Shown here: one piece after another, positions 18,658-28,337 of the stretch | Position numbering within the stretch: the stretch's first letter is position 1 | Layout: every line of letters starts with the position of its first letter | Assembly: GCA_041497995.1 (NCBI GenBank) | Contig: JBGQHM010000002.1 | Span: 1-60,569 of the forward strand | Source of the DNA: Candidatus Binatia bacterium | GTDB taxonomy: Bacteria; Desulfobacterota; Binatia; HRBIN30 | Reading direction: 5' to 3' | DNA: 60,569 nt | Notes under the pieces: generated by a model | The model's input: only the letters and a program-made list of their open reading frames with translations | What the model was told of the DNA's origin: nothing | Databases searched by the model: none | Translations under genes and position numbers: made by a program

Positions 18658-19974
18658 ATGGGTCCAATGCGGGTCCTGCACGTTCTCGACCACTCACTGC
18701 CGCTGCTGAGCGGATACAGCACGCGCAGCCACCACGCGCTACGCGCGCAGCTGCAGTGGTCGGTGGAGCCGGTGGCGGTCACCTCGCCGAAGCACGGCTC
18801 GGCTGCCGGTGTGGAGCAGATCGACGGTGTCACGTACTACCGCACACCCGCCGCGGCATCGGCGTTCGCCGACCGGATTCCCGTCGGTCGGGAACTACGA
18901 TTGATGCAGCGCCTCGGCGCCCGAGTCGGCGAGGTTGCCCGCCAGCACGACTGTGAGCTGATCCACGCTCACTCGCCTGTGCTGAACGGCATTCCCGCCC
19001 TGTGGGTGGCGCGTCGAGCCGGCATTCCTGTCATCTACGAGATCCGTGCATTCTGGGAAGACGCGGCCGTCGATCACGGAACGCACCGCGAGGACTCGGC
19101 GCGCTACCGGCTAATTCGGGCCATGGAAAGTTGGTTGATGCGGCGCGTCGATGCGGTTGGTGTGATCTCCGCGGGATTGGCCACCGAGGTCGCGGGCCGC
19201 GGCGTGCCTACGGCGAAGATCTTTCAGATCCCTAACGGTGTCGACACGCAGCTGTTCCAGCCGGCGCCCCGCAACCGGGAGCTCGTACAGCGCTGGGGGC
19301 TTGGAGAGAAGGTCGTGATCGGCTTCATCGGATCTTTCTACCGCTACGAAGGACTCGACGTGTTGCTCCGGGCGTGGGCCCAGGTCGCAGCCGATCTGCC
19401 TGGCGCGTGTGTCCTGCTCATCGGTGCGGGAGAAGCGACAGCCTCGCTGCGCGATGACGCCAAGCGATTCGGGATCGAGTCCCGGACGATTTTTGCCGGT
19501 TCAGTTCCCCACGCCGAGGTCAGTCGCTGCTACTCCGTGTGTGACGTTCTCGTCTATCCGCGCAAGTCGATGCGTCTCACCGAGTTGGTTACTCCGCTGA
19601 AGCCGCTGGAGGCGATGGCCGCGGCCAAGGCAGTGGTTGCCAGTGACGTTGGTGGACTCCGAGAGCTGATCCGAGATCGCGACACCGGCATGCTGTTTCC
19701 GGCTGGTGATGCCGACGCACTGGCCCGGGTGCTGACGGAGGTCGTGCAAGACTCCGATCTCCGCTCCAGGCTCGGCGAGTCCGCGCGGCGCCACGTCTGC
19801 CTTGAACGCGAGTGGAGGAACGTGGTGAAGGCCGATCTGGATGTCTACGCGCGGCTCATCAATGGCACCAGGGCCGGGCGGCAACCTTCTGCTCTGGTGC
19901 ATGGGCACAGAGGTGACAAGGACCGCACGGCAGCATCGCCGGGAATCCGTTCGGAAGTGGAAGGTCGGCCATGA
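18658..19974 (+). CDS. GT4 glycosyltransferase, PEP-CTERM/exosortase-A-associated (TIGR04063-like)
   Basis: LDHSLPLLSGY, HAHSPVLN, YEIRAFWEDAAVDHG and RLTELVTPLKPLEAMA. Confidence 0.9.
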   Translation: MGPMRVLHVLDHSLPLLSGYSTRSHHALRAQLQWSVEPVAVTSPKHGSAAGVEQIDGVTYYRTPAAASAFADRIPVGRELRLMQRLGARVGEVARQHDCELIHAHSPVLNGIPALWVARRAGIPVIYEIRAFWEDAAVDHGTHREDSARYRLIRAMESWLMRRVDAVGVISAGLATEVAGRGVPTAKIFQIPNGVDTQLFQPAPRNRELVQRWGLGEKVVIGFIGSFYRYEGLDVLLRAWAQVAADLPGACVLLIGAGEATASLRDDAKRFGIESRTIFAGSVPHAEVSRCYSVCDVLVYPRKSMRLTELVTPLKPLEAMAAAKAVVASDVGGLRELIRDRDTGMLFPAGDADALARVLTEVVQDSDLRSRLGESARRHVCLEREWRNVVKADLDVYARLINGTRAGRQPSALVHGHRGDKDRTAASPGIRSEVEGRP

Positions 19975-20017
19975 GTGACCGCACGCCCGAGCTGCGGGGA
20001 TGTCTCGGCGGTGCATC

Positions 20018-21622
20018 ATGACGCAGCGGTGCGTGAGGATCGCGGTCGTAGCGATCGTGCTTGCCACTTCCGGCCTCGGGCTTGCCGACTGTGTTGGCGA
20101 CTGCAATGGCGATGGTTCCGTCACCATCGACGAAGTACTTCGCGGAGTGAACATCGTGTTGGGAAGCACGGCACTGGCCGAGTGCGCGGATCTAGATCGC
20201 AATGGGGACAGCACGGTCACGATCGACGAGGTGCTCGCCGCCGTAGTGGGTGCGCTCGACGGTTGCGATACCGCTCCGCTCGCGGTGGATCAGTCGGCCC
20301 TCTGCTTCACCGGAATGATTGGCGCGTCGATCGGCGACCAGACAGTGACCGTCCAACGGTCGGTTGGTGCGTGGACTGCGCAGACTGCCGCGCCTTGGCT
20401 CAGTATCACGCCCGGTAGCGGTCAAGCGCCCGGAGAGCTCCAAGTCAGCGTGCAAGCCGCGAGCTTGTCCGATGGCACCTACAGCGGCGAGATCAAGCTG
20501 ACGGACAGCACAGGTAAAGATTCAGTCATCATCCCGGTCGGGCTGAGTCTCTCCATGCCGGGTAAGACCACTGGCTGGAAACTGCAGACGGTCGAGCCGG
20601 TGGGCGCGGCGCAGCAGGGGAAACCCTTCGCCGACCCGGCGCAGACCACATCATTGGCCCTCGATCCGAAGGGCAGGCCTGGCATCACCTTCTTTCGCAC
20701 TGACGCTGCCGTCGACCGGCAGCTGCGCTTCGCACATATGACGGGTTGCCGGTGGGTGGCAGAGAACGTGGAGCAGATGGGCATTGAGTCCTCGCTTGCC
20801 TTTGACAGCAGCGGACAACCACACATCAGTTTTCTCAAGGGCAACGGCCCATTTCCGCGGTATGCGCACCGCGTTGGGACGACGTGGAACGTCGTCACGG
20901 TCGAGAACCAAGGTGCCGGCGGCGCCACTGGTTACCGGAGCTCGCTCGCACTGGACACCGCGAACCACCCGCACATCAGCTATCTGCTGAAGTTCGTGAC
21001 TGGTAACGTCTTCACCTACGATCTGCGCTACGCGGTGTTCGACGGCTCGGCGTGGACACTCGAAACGGTCGATTCCCAAGGCACGACGGGATGGGATAGC
21101 TCGCTGGCGTTGACGACTACTGGTGCGCCGCGCATCAGCTACCATACGGATCTGCCGAACGTGGTCCGCGTGGCTACGAAGGGCGCCGACGCCTGGACAT
21201 CGGAGTCGGTTGCTGACGGTGGCAAGCCATCGTCCCTGAGACTCGACTCGGCCGGCCGGCCGCGGATTGCTTTCAATGGTTCACCGGGCTCATCGGCGCG
21301 CTTTGCGTATCGCGATGATGCCGGCTGGAAGGCAGAAACAATCGGCACCCAGGGTTTCGTACAAGCCCGGCGTCCGTTCGTCTCTCTCGCGTTGGATTCT
21401 GCGGAAGCGCCGCACGTTGCATTTGTGGACTACCTCAACCGGGCGCTGAAGTACGCCTCTCGTTCGTCCGATGGTACGTGGACGGCTACGGTCATCGATG
21501 AAGGCGGCGACGTCGGCGACTTCTGTTCGTTACAGATTGATCGCCAAGACGTAGCGCACATCTCCTACCTCGATCTGACCGGTGGGCTTCTGAAGTACGC
21601 GCAAGGACCCGCGATACCCTGA
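20018..21622 (+). CDS. Secreted protein: N-terminal dockerin-like EF-hand pair, BACON-like Ig domain, beta-propeller repeats
   Basis: Signal peptide, then CVGDCNGDGSVTIDE...DLDRNGDSTVTIDE, then PWLSITP...GTYSGEI, then repeated SLALDxxxxPHISY...LRYA...W units. Confidence 0.75.
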   Translation: MTQRCVRIAVVAIVLATSGLGLADCVGDCNGDGSVTIDEVLRGVNIVLGSTALAECADLDRNGDSTVTIDEVLAAVVGALDGCDTAPLAVDQSALCFTGMIGASIGDQTVTVQRSVGAWTAQTAAPWLSITPGSGQAPGELQVSVQAASLSDGTYSGEIKLTDSTGKDSVIIPVGLSLSMPGKTTGWKLQTVEPVGAAQQGKPFADPAQTTSLALDPKGRPGITFFRTDAAVDRQLRFAHMTGCRWVAENVEQMGIESSLAFDSSGQPHISFLKGNGPFPRYAHRVGTTWNVVTVENQGAGGATGYRSSLALDTANHPHISYLLKFVTGNVFTYDLRYAVFDGSAWTLETVDSQGTTGWDSSLALTTTGAPRISYHTDLPNVVRVATKGADAWTSESVADGGKPSSLRLDSAGRPRIAFNGSPGSSARFAYRDDAGWKAETIGTQGFVQARRPFVSLALDSAEAPHVAFVDYLNRALKYASRSSDGTWTATVIDEGGDVGDFCSLQIDRQDVAHISYLDLTGGLLKYAQGPAIP

Positions 21623-21623
21623 C

Positions 21624-23021
21624 ATGACTGCTGTATCGAGATCGACGGTAGCCGCTGTCGCCGCGGGAAAGCACGCGTCGCTAGCGGCTCGGGTCGTGGT
21701 TGCAGCCGAAGGCTCGGCGATGTCCGCCACAGGACCCACCGCGCCTCGCTTGCAGTCAGGCGCGGGTCGGGTGCCGCGGCTCGTCGTGTTGAGCACAGTG
21801 TATCCGAACGCCAATCAGCCTCTTCACGGCCTCTTCGTCCAAGAGCGAGTGGCCCGTGTGGCCGCACACTTCGAGACGATCGTGGTGGCGCCGCTGCCAT
21901 GGTTTCCGTTCCAGTGGGTGATCCGGCGCTGGCGGCCCTTCTTCCGGCCGGGGGTCCCGAGGTCCGAAGCTGAGAACGATATCGAAGTGCAGTACCCTCG
22001 TTTCTTCTCCGTGCCCGGCGCTCTCAAGTCACTGGATGGCTTCTTCTTGGCAGTGTGTTGTCTCCCGACTCTCCTGCGACTGCGACGCCGATTTCCGTTC
22101 GATGCCATTGATGCCCACTTTGCCTACCCTGAGGGGTACGCGGCCACCTTGCTCGGCAGGTGGCTGCGACTACCGGTGACCATCACGCTGCGGGGTACAA
22201 TCGTGCCGTTGTCACGTAGCGCCATTCGCCGCCGTCTCATCATCCGCGCGCTCGGCCGAGCGGAGAGGGTCTTCGCTGTATGCGATGCCTTGAAGCGATT
22301 TGCTGTCAGCTTGGGCATCAACGCCGCGAAGATTCGCGTCGTGGCGAACGGCGCCGACACCGCAAAATTCCGCCCGATGCCGCAAGACGAAGCCCGGCAC
22401 AAGCTCGGTCTTCCCTTGAACGTGCTCATAGTCGTGTCGGTGGGCGGGTTGGTCGAGCGCAAAGGGTTTCACCGCGTGATAGCTTGCCTCCCGTCGCTTC
22501 GTCAGGCGTTTCCTGGGCTGCGCTTTCTGGTGGTGGGCGGCGGCGGCGCTGAGGGCGACTGGAGCGATCGCCTGCGCCGACAAGTCACGGAACTGAACCT
22601 CCAAGGAGCGGTCGACTTTCTCGGTCCAGTGCCGTCCCGCGACCTGCCAGTCGTGCTTTCCGCCGCGGACGTCTTCGCTCTTGCCACGCGCAACGAAGGG
22701 TGGGCCAACGTCTTCCTGGAAGCCATGGCATGTGGTCTCCCGGTGGTTACCACCGATGTCGGTGGCAATGCGGAAGTCGTGTGCCGATCCGAGTTGGGAA
22801 CGGTCGTGCCGTTCGGTGACCCGAATGCTTTGCAGGCAGCGCTGGCCGATGCCCTCACGAGACGGTGGGATCGAGATGCCATCGTCGCATACGCCCGCGC
22901 CAACTCGTGGGAAGACCGCGTGGCGGTTCTCAAAGATGAATTCCAGCTTTTGATCGGTTCCCACACTGATGCGGCAATTGCAGAGTCTGGCAGGGACGAA
23001 CGATGCATCCAGCAATCGTGA
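21624..23021 (+). CDS. GT4 glycosyltransferase (TuaC-like)
   Basis: IDAHFAYPEG, TITLRG, VGGLVERKG and EGWANVFLEAMACG. The true start may be downstream. Confidence 0.88.
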   Translation: MTAVSRSTVAAVAAGKHASLAARVVVAAEGSAMSATGPTAPRLQSGAGRVPRLVVLSTVYPNANQPLHGLFVQERVARVAAHFETIVVAPLPWFPFQWVIRRWRPFFRPGVPRSEAENDIEVQYPRFFSVPGALKSLDGFFLAVCCLPTLLRLRRRFPFDAIDAHFAYPEGYAATLLGRWLRLPVTITLRGTIVPLSRSAIRRRLIIRALGRAERVFAVCDALKRFAVSLGINAAKIRVVANGADTAKFRPMPQDEARHKLGLPLNVLIVVSVGGLVERKGFHRVIACLPSLRQAFPGLRFLVVGGGGAEGDWSDRLRRQVTELNLQGAVDFLGPVPSRDLPVVLSAADVFALATRNEGWANVFLEAMACGLPVVTTDVGGNAEVVCRSELGTVVPFGDPNALQAALADALTRRWDRDAIVAYARANSWEDRVAVLKDEFQLLIGSHTDAAIAESGRDERCIQQS

Positions 23022-24415
23022 GGCGGTTTCTGCTACCACTGCATGAGCGCCTGAAGAACACCTCGACGTTTGCATCTCTCCGCGAGCTCGAAGACACCCA
23101 GTGGCTCGAGCCGGCCGCCCTCCGGGAGCTGCAGTTCGCCCGCTTGCGGCAGCATATCGAGTTCGCCTACCGGCACACGGTGTACTACCGACGGCTTCTC
23201 GACGAGCACGGATTGCCGCCGCATCGTATCCAGTCCTTCGACGACTTCGCACGCATCCCGCCGCTCACTCGAGACCTGTTGAGACGTAACTTCTCGGAGC
23301 TGCAATCCCGGGACTGTCGCTTGGGACGTGTCCAGCGGTTGTCGACGGGCGGCTCTACCGGCGAGCCGGTTACCGTTTTGGTCGACACGAGCATCGGGTT
23401 TGGGCCTGCTGTTCGTTATCGTGCTCATCGGTGGTTCGGGTTGGAGCCTGGGGTCCGAGAAATCGTCCTGTGGGGATCACCGATAGAGATCACGCGCCAG
23501 GATCGTTTGCGCGCCGTTCGAGACCGGCTGATCAACTCGAAGCTGCTCTCGGCGTTCGACCTCGGTGAGCATGCCCTTGAGGTCTACGCGACCACGCTAG
23601 CACGGTATCGCCCGCAAAAGATGTACGGATACGCCAGTGCACTCTATCTCCTCGCACGGCACCTCGAGCAGGTGGGCTGGCACCCAACCTGGAAGCTGAG
23701 CGCAATCTTTACCACGGCCGAGCCGCTATTCGACTTTCAACGACAAGCAATTGCAGCGGTGTTCGAGTGCCCGGTAGCCGTCGAGTATGGGGCCCGCGAC
23801 GCCGGGCTCCTGGCGACGGAGTGTCCGAAGGGCGGCTTGCACGTTCCGGCGGAAGGCATCGTGATCGAGATCGAGGGCGAGGGCGCGGACGGAAGCGGTG
23901 AGGTTCTGGTCACCAATCTCTTCACTCCGGCGATGCCGATCATTCGCTACCGCACCGGGGATATCGGGCAGCTCGATCATCGCGCCTGTCCGTGCGGCCG
24001 ATCGCTGCCTCTTCTGAAGTCCGTCGAAGGGCGCCGCACCGACTTCTTGGTCACTCCGAGCGGGCGCGTGCTGCACGCTCTGTCGGTGATCTACATTCTT
24101 CGCGAGATGGCCAGCGTCAAGGCATTCCAGGTTATTCAGGAGGCACCCGCTCAGGTGATCGTTCGTGTCGTTCCAGAAGGTGGCTTCGGCGCCGCCGAGC
24201 GAGCCCACGTGGTGGAAAGGATGCAGCGTCTTCTCGGAGGGGACATGGAGGTGAGAGTCGAGATCGTGGATGCGATTCCCACCACCCCTTCGGGCAAGTT
24301 TCGGTACGTGATCTCACGTGTCGCCGAAGCCGACCTTGGCGCGAAGGCCTCCAGTCGGCCGCTTCCGGCGTCCGTGCCGAAACACGCAGAAGCCGCGCGT
24401 GCACTGTCCCAGTGA
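23003..24415 (+). CDS. CapK / phenylacetate-CoA-ligase family adenylate-forming enzyme
   Basis: STGGSTGEP P-loop, EYGARD, IIRYRTGD, VEGR and SGKFRYVIS. Confidence 0.85.
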   Translation: MHPAIVRRFLLPLHERLKNTSTFASLRELEDTQWLEPAALRELQFARLRQHIEFAYRHTVYYRRLLDEHGLPPHRIQSFDDFARIPPLTRDLLRRNFSELQSRDCRLGRVQRLSTGGSTGEPVTVLVDTSIGFGPAVRYRAHRWFGLEPGVREIVLWGSPIEITRQDRLRAVRDRLINSKLLSAFDLGEHALEVYATTLARYRPQKMYGYASALYLLARHLEQVGWHPTWKLSAIFTTAEPLFDFQRQAIAAVFECPVAVEYGARDAGLLATECPKGGLHVPAEGIVIEIEGEGADGSGEVLVTNLFTPAMPIIRYRTGDIGQLDHRACPCGRSLPLLKSVEGRRTDFLVTPSGRVLHALSVIYILREMASVKAFQVIQEAPAQVIVRVVPEGGFGAAERAHVVERMQRLLGGDMEVRVEIVDAIPTTPSGKFRYVISRVAEADLGAKASSRPLPASVPKHAEAARALSQ

Positions 24416-24425
24416 GTTTTCTGCG

Positions 24426-25436
24426 ATGAGCCGTGACAGCCTGACCGATCCTCCACCCCTCGTGTTCCTGTTCGGCTTCGAGCGCAGCGGGACGACGCTG
24501 CTCTCGATGATGGTCGGCGCGCACCCGGAGATCGCAGTCCCGCTCTCGCTGACGGGGCTGTGGTACCGGTACGGAAAGAAGCTTGACGGTTACAACGGGC
24601 TGGAATCAACTCGCGACGTGGAACGCATCGTCGACGATTTGTTAGGCGAGGAGCGCATACGACTCTGGGATGTCGAGTTGATGCGGGACGAGGTGCTCCA
24701 GGACCTTGAGCCCGGCAGTTTCCCGCGGGTGATTGCGCGGTTCCATGCTCTGTACGCGAAGCGGAAGGGCAAGCCGCACTGGGGGAACATCGACATCGAC
24801 ACGATCGAGGACATGGATCTTGCCAACGCTTGGTTCCCAGACGTGAGATTCGTGCACCTGGTGCGTGACGGCCGTGATGTTGCGCTCTCACACAAGACGT
24901 ATCCGTACGGGGCGTCCAACATCGGGGAATGTGCCGACCAGTGGGAGCGGAGTTTGCGCGTCAATCTCAAGATGGGCGCCATTCTCGGTCCGGAGCGGTA
25001 CCTAGTCGTGCGCTATGAAGACTTGATTCTTGAGCCGGAAGCCACGCTCCGTCAGCTCTGCGAATTTCTTCACATTGCATACTCGGCCGCGATGCTCGAC
25101 TATCAGCAGATGGTTGAGAAGAAGGTTCCGGAGGACCGACGCTGGCTCTGGCCCCTGTTGGATAAACCCCCGGAGAGATCCAACGTCTATCGCTGGAAGA
25201 ATCGGATGACGGAGATCGAGCGCATCGTCTTCGAGCGCCGGGCGGGCGACATGCTGGCGCGACTTTCATACGAAACCTTTTCAACCGTTCCAAAACGAAC
25301 CCGAGTACACCTTCTGGAGCTTTGGTACTTCTTGGGGCAGGGGCACCGGTTCGGACGGTTTGCGAAGACCCTCGGTCTGGGGAAGACCCTCGGTCTGGGT
25401 ATGAGTCGCGGCGTTCCAGGAGCCCGCGCCGCATAG
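24426..25436 (+). CDS. PAPS-dependent sulfotransferase (Sulfotransfer_3-like)
   Basis: 5'-PSB GFERSGTTLL, 3'-PB LVRDGRDVALS, and VRYEDL. Confidence 0.88.
   Translation: MSRDSLTDPPPLVFLFGFERSGTTLLSMMVGAHPEIAVPLSLTGLWYRYGKKLDGYNGLESTRDVERIVDDLLGEERIRLWDVELMRDEVLQDLEPGSFPRVIARFHALYAKRKGKPHWGNIDIDTIEDMDLANAWFPDVRFVHLVRDGRDVALSHKTYPYGASNIGECADQWERSLRVNLKMGAILGPERYLVVRYEDLILEPEATLRQLCEFLHIAYSAAMLDYQQMVEKKVPEDRRWLWPLLDKPPERSNVYRWKNRMTEIERIVFERRAGDMLARLSYETFSTVPKRTRVHLLELWYFLGQGHRFGRFAKTLGLGKTLGLGMSRGVPGARAA
25364..25399 (+). repeat. Perfect 18-bp tandem duplication (GAAGACCCTCGGTCTGGG x2; KTLGLG x2)
   Basis: Two identical adjacent copies at 25364-25381 and 25382-25399. Confidence 0.95.
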
Positions 25437-25510
25437 CTGGGGGAGTCGCAACTGCGTGACGCTTCCGTCGGGAACCCAGGACTTGTTCTCCCGAGTCCGC
25501 CAGGTCGTTG

Positions 25511-25530
25511 TCGAAAGCCAAGGCTTTCGA
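25511..25530. promoter_or_regulatory. Perfect intergenic inverted repeat TCGAAAGCC-AA-GGCTTTCGA (possible operator or hairpin)
   Basis: 9-bp arms with a 2-nt spacer, in the gap upstream of the Kelch gene. The function is inferred only. Confidence 0.35.
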
Positions 25531-25622
25531 TTGCGAGAACGAAAGTTGCTAGGGGCGAACTGAAGTGTCTCGACAATCGACGGCTCAGCGCATAGAGAGT
25601 CGGTAACGGCGGAGAGCGACGT

Positions 25623-28094
25623 ATGAAGAGAAGAGAATCTATGAGTTTCTGGCTCGCGATTGTGCTCGTCCTGGGCGCATGCTTGATCGCCAAGGGAGCC
25701 ATCGCAGCGTCTTTTTCCCCCAATACCTGGGTTAAAATGAACGCGACTGGAGACGGTCCGCAGACTGACTATCCGGCTGGCCTCCCGGGCGGCCGAGCCT
25801 GGCTCCGGGTCTCCTACGATTCCACCCTTCAGAAGATTGTCCTCTTCGGAGGCTCGTCCTCCACGTACATGAGCGATCTGTGGACTTACAGCCTGTCCGA
25901 GAACGTATGGCGTATCCAACGCCCGCATCCAGATTTGACCGGGCCCTGCCGGCGCGACAACCACAGCTTGCTGTACGATCCAGTCCGGCATGTACACTGG
26001 CTCCTGTACGGCGCCTCCTACGATGACACGCAACCCGGTTGCTCTTCGGGTTTCAACGCTGCTTTGAGTCGAGAAGGGCAGTGGACGTACGATGCCGCGA
26101 CCAACAATTGGACCAAGATCACCGACGGCAGCGGACCGTTGCACAAGCGGCTCGCTCCCGCCACAACCTACGATTCCGTGCGCCAGGTGTTTCTCGAATT
26201 CGGCGGGCAGGCGGTCGGGGCCAACGTTAATACCACATACACGATCAACCCAGCGACGCACGCTGTCACGCAACTGAACCCAGCCGCTGCGCCGCCAGGG
26301 CGCTACAACGTGCAAAACGCGATGGTATACGATGCTGCGCACGATGTTTTCGTTCTCTTCGGGGGGCGTGGCACGAGTGGCACCGTCATCGGTGATACGT
26401 GGATGTTCAATCCTTCTACGCAAAATTGGACGCAGGGAACCCCCGCGGTTTCGCCTCCGCCGCGAGAGCTGCACGCCATGGTCTATGATTCGGTGAATCA
26501 AGCGGTGATCCTGCATGGGGGTCGCGACGCGAATGGCGGCGCGTTGAACGATACCTGGGTATACGATGTCGGCCAGAACAGATGGACACAGCTGAGCACT
26601 GGTGGAACGCCACCAGCTCTCTTTCACCATTCCGCGGTGTACGATCCCGTCAACCGCGTGATGATTGTCGTTCCTGGGACGCAGTCGAATGACACGTGGG
26701 TGTTCGCTTACCAACCTGGCGTGGCACCGCCCCCTACGCCGTCGATGGCCGCTACGCCAGTCCCTACGACACCAGCGGTCAATGCCACACAGACTCCTGG
26801 CCTCTTGCCCACGAACCCAAGCACGCCCGTGGGCACCGTGCCGCCGCCGGCTACAGTCCCGCCTGGAGCACGAATCAACATCCCGCTGAAGACCTTCGTT
26901 GTCAGACAACTGCCGGGGTTCGGCAAGGGGCCGTTTGGTTCGATCAAGCACGCCCGGATAACGCTGAACCCGTTGAACGGTCGCCTCTACGTTGCCTCGG
27001 GCGACTGGGTTGGTCCGTGTACTGGCGCGCAGTGCAACGGCGTTACGCCGCTCGGCTCGTACCGCAACGAGCAGTGGAGCTACGGCGTGGCCTCTGACAC
27101 TTGGGTTCGCGAAACAGACTACTGCCAGTATCCCAACCCGCAGCCGCAACGCCCTGACTTCAACGGCTGGGCGTGGGACTCGCTGCGGCGGGTATTCTGG
27201 CTGCATGGTGGCTACCAGGATATCGACAATCCGAACTACTGCACGCAGACGGCACAAACCCGCAATCAGCTCATGTGGTTCGATCCCGCCACCAAGCTGT
27301 GGGCCGGTCCCGCTGGGCGCACGCCGCTGACGAGCCTGAGCGGTGTCAGCATCGGGCTGGTGACCTATGCGCAATACGACGCGGTGAACGATACGCTGAT
27401 GTGGCTCGCCTACGATGGAGCCCGTTCGTGCATGCTGCGCTACAAGATTGCGACCAACACATGGACCAAGACGCGATTCAACACCGGTGACGCGGCCGCG
27501 GATGACGCGCGTCTGGGCGAGCAGTTCTCCGCATATGACGACGTGAACCGTGTCATCTATACCCTGGAAGATCAGACGGCGAACCATCCGGGGATTCGGC
27601 GACTCTACAAGGTCAACCTGGCCCTCATCGACAGCAATCCGTCGGCGGCGTTGACGTGGGAGTCAGTTCCATCGAACATTCGCGTTTTTCACGACCATGA
27701 GCGCATCGCGTGGGACTCGGTGAACAACGTCATTCTGTATCCGTTCCACGGCGGCCAGGGATGGGATCCAAGGCAGTTTCAAATGTCCGTTTGGCATCCG
27801 GGCAACCCTGGAACCTGGGAGGTTGTCGCGGACCCCGTGAATGGCGTGCCCGTCGTGACCGAGCCACCAGATCACTGCGCCACACCTGAGGCCGCCGCGT
27901 GCGTTGCCGGTGGCAACCCTGCCAGCGCGGGGCAGGCTTGCTGCTTGGTGCGAGGGAACCAAGTCGCCTTCGATCCGCTGCAAAATGTATTGGTTCTCTA
28001 CGGCGGGTCCGAACCCACTAGCATATACCTGTATCTCTTCCGCTACGGCAACGGATCGGCGCCTAGCAAACCCAGCGCGCCTCAGCTGCTCTAG
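25623..28094 (+). CDS. Secreted Kelch-like double beta-propeller protein with Pro/Thr linker
   Basis: Signal peptide, repeated YDxxxxxxxLFGG...DTWxYD...W units, a central PPPTPSMAATPVPTTP linker, then a second propeller-like domain. Confidence 0.8.
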   Translation: MKRRESMSFWLAIVLVLGACLIAKGAIAASFSPNTWVKMNATGDGPQTDYPAGLPGGRAWLRVSYDSTLQKIVLFGGSSSTYMSDLWTYSLSENVWRIQRPHPDLTGPCRRDNHSLLYDPVRHVHWLLYGASYDDTQPGCSSGFNAALSREGQWTYDAATNNWTKITDGSGPLHKRLAPATTYDSVRQVFLEFGGQAVGANVNTTYTINPATHAVTQLNPAAAPPGRYNVQNAMVYDAAHDVFVLFGGRGTSGTVIGDTWMFNPSTQNWTQGTPAVSPPPRELHAMVYDSVNQAVILHGGRDANGGALNDTWVYDVGQNRWTQLSTGGTPPALFHHSAVYDPVNRVMIVVPGTQSNDTWVFAYQPGVAPPPTPSMAATPVPTTPAVNATQTPGLLPTNPSTPVGTVPPPATVPPGARINIPLKTFVVRQLPGFGKGPFGSIKHARITLNPLNGRLYVASGDWVGPCTGAQCNGVTPLGSYRNEQWSYGVASDTWVRETDYCQYPNPQPQRPDFNGWAWDSLRRVFWLHGGYQDIDNPNYCTQTAQTRNQLMWFDPATKLWAGPAGRTPLTSLSGVSIGLVTYAQYDAVNDTLMWLAYDGARSCMLRYKIATNTWTKTRFNTGDAAADDARLGEQFSAYDDVNRVIYTLEDQTANHPGIRRLYKVNLALIDSNPSAALTWESVPSNIRVFHDHERIAWDSVNNVILYPFHGGQGWDPRQFQMSVWHPGNPGTWEVVADPVNGVPVVTEPPDHCATPEAAACVAGGNPASAGQACCLVRGNQVAFDPLQNVLVLYGGSEPTSIYLYLFRYGNGSAPSKPSAPQLL

Positions 28095-28337
28095 CTCGCG
28101 TTCTGTTGCCAGTCTGGAGCGACCATCATAGCCGGCTGCGCGACGTGGCGTCAGTCAGCATTTCCGCAGTGCGCGCGTGGCCTAGGGGCCGTTGCCACAT
28201 CAGATTTTCCAACCGCCTACGAGGAGGCTTTGTAGCGGTGTGGAGATTGGATAGGATCCGACCGGATGGACCCTACTCCCAATGTTCGCAAGGTGGCAGC
28301 TCAACGCAGAACTGATTGCATCGGGGGCATCACGCAT

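Noticed and set aside
25281-27587. Long minus-strand ORF (768 aa), and others such as 44556-46130, 11437-12786, 3028-4248 and 58431-59588
   Set aside because: These are antisense shadows of well-supported + strand genes in high-GC DNA and contain no recognisable motifs.
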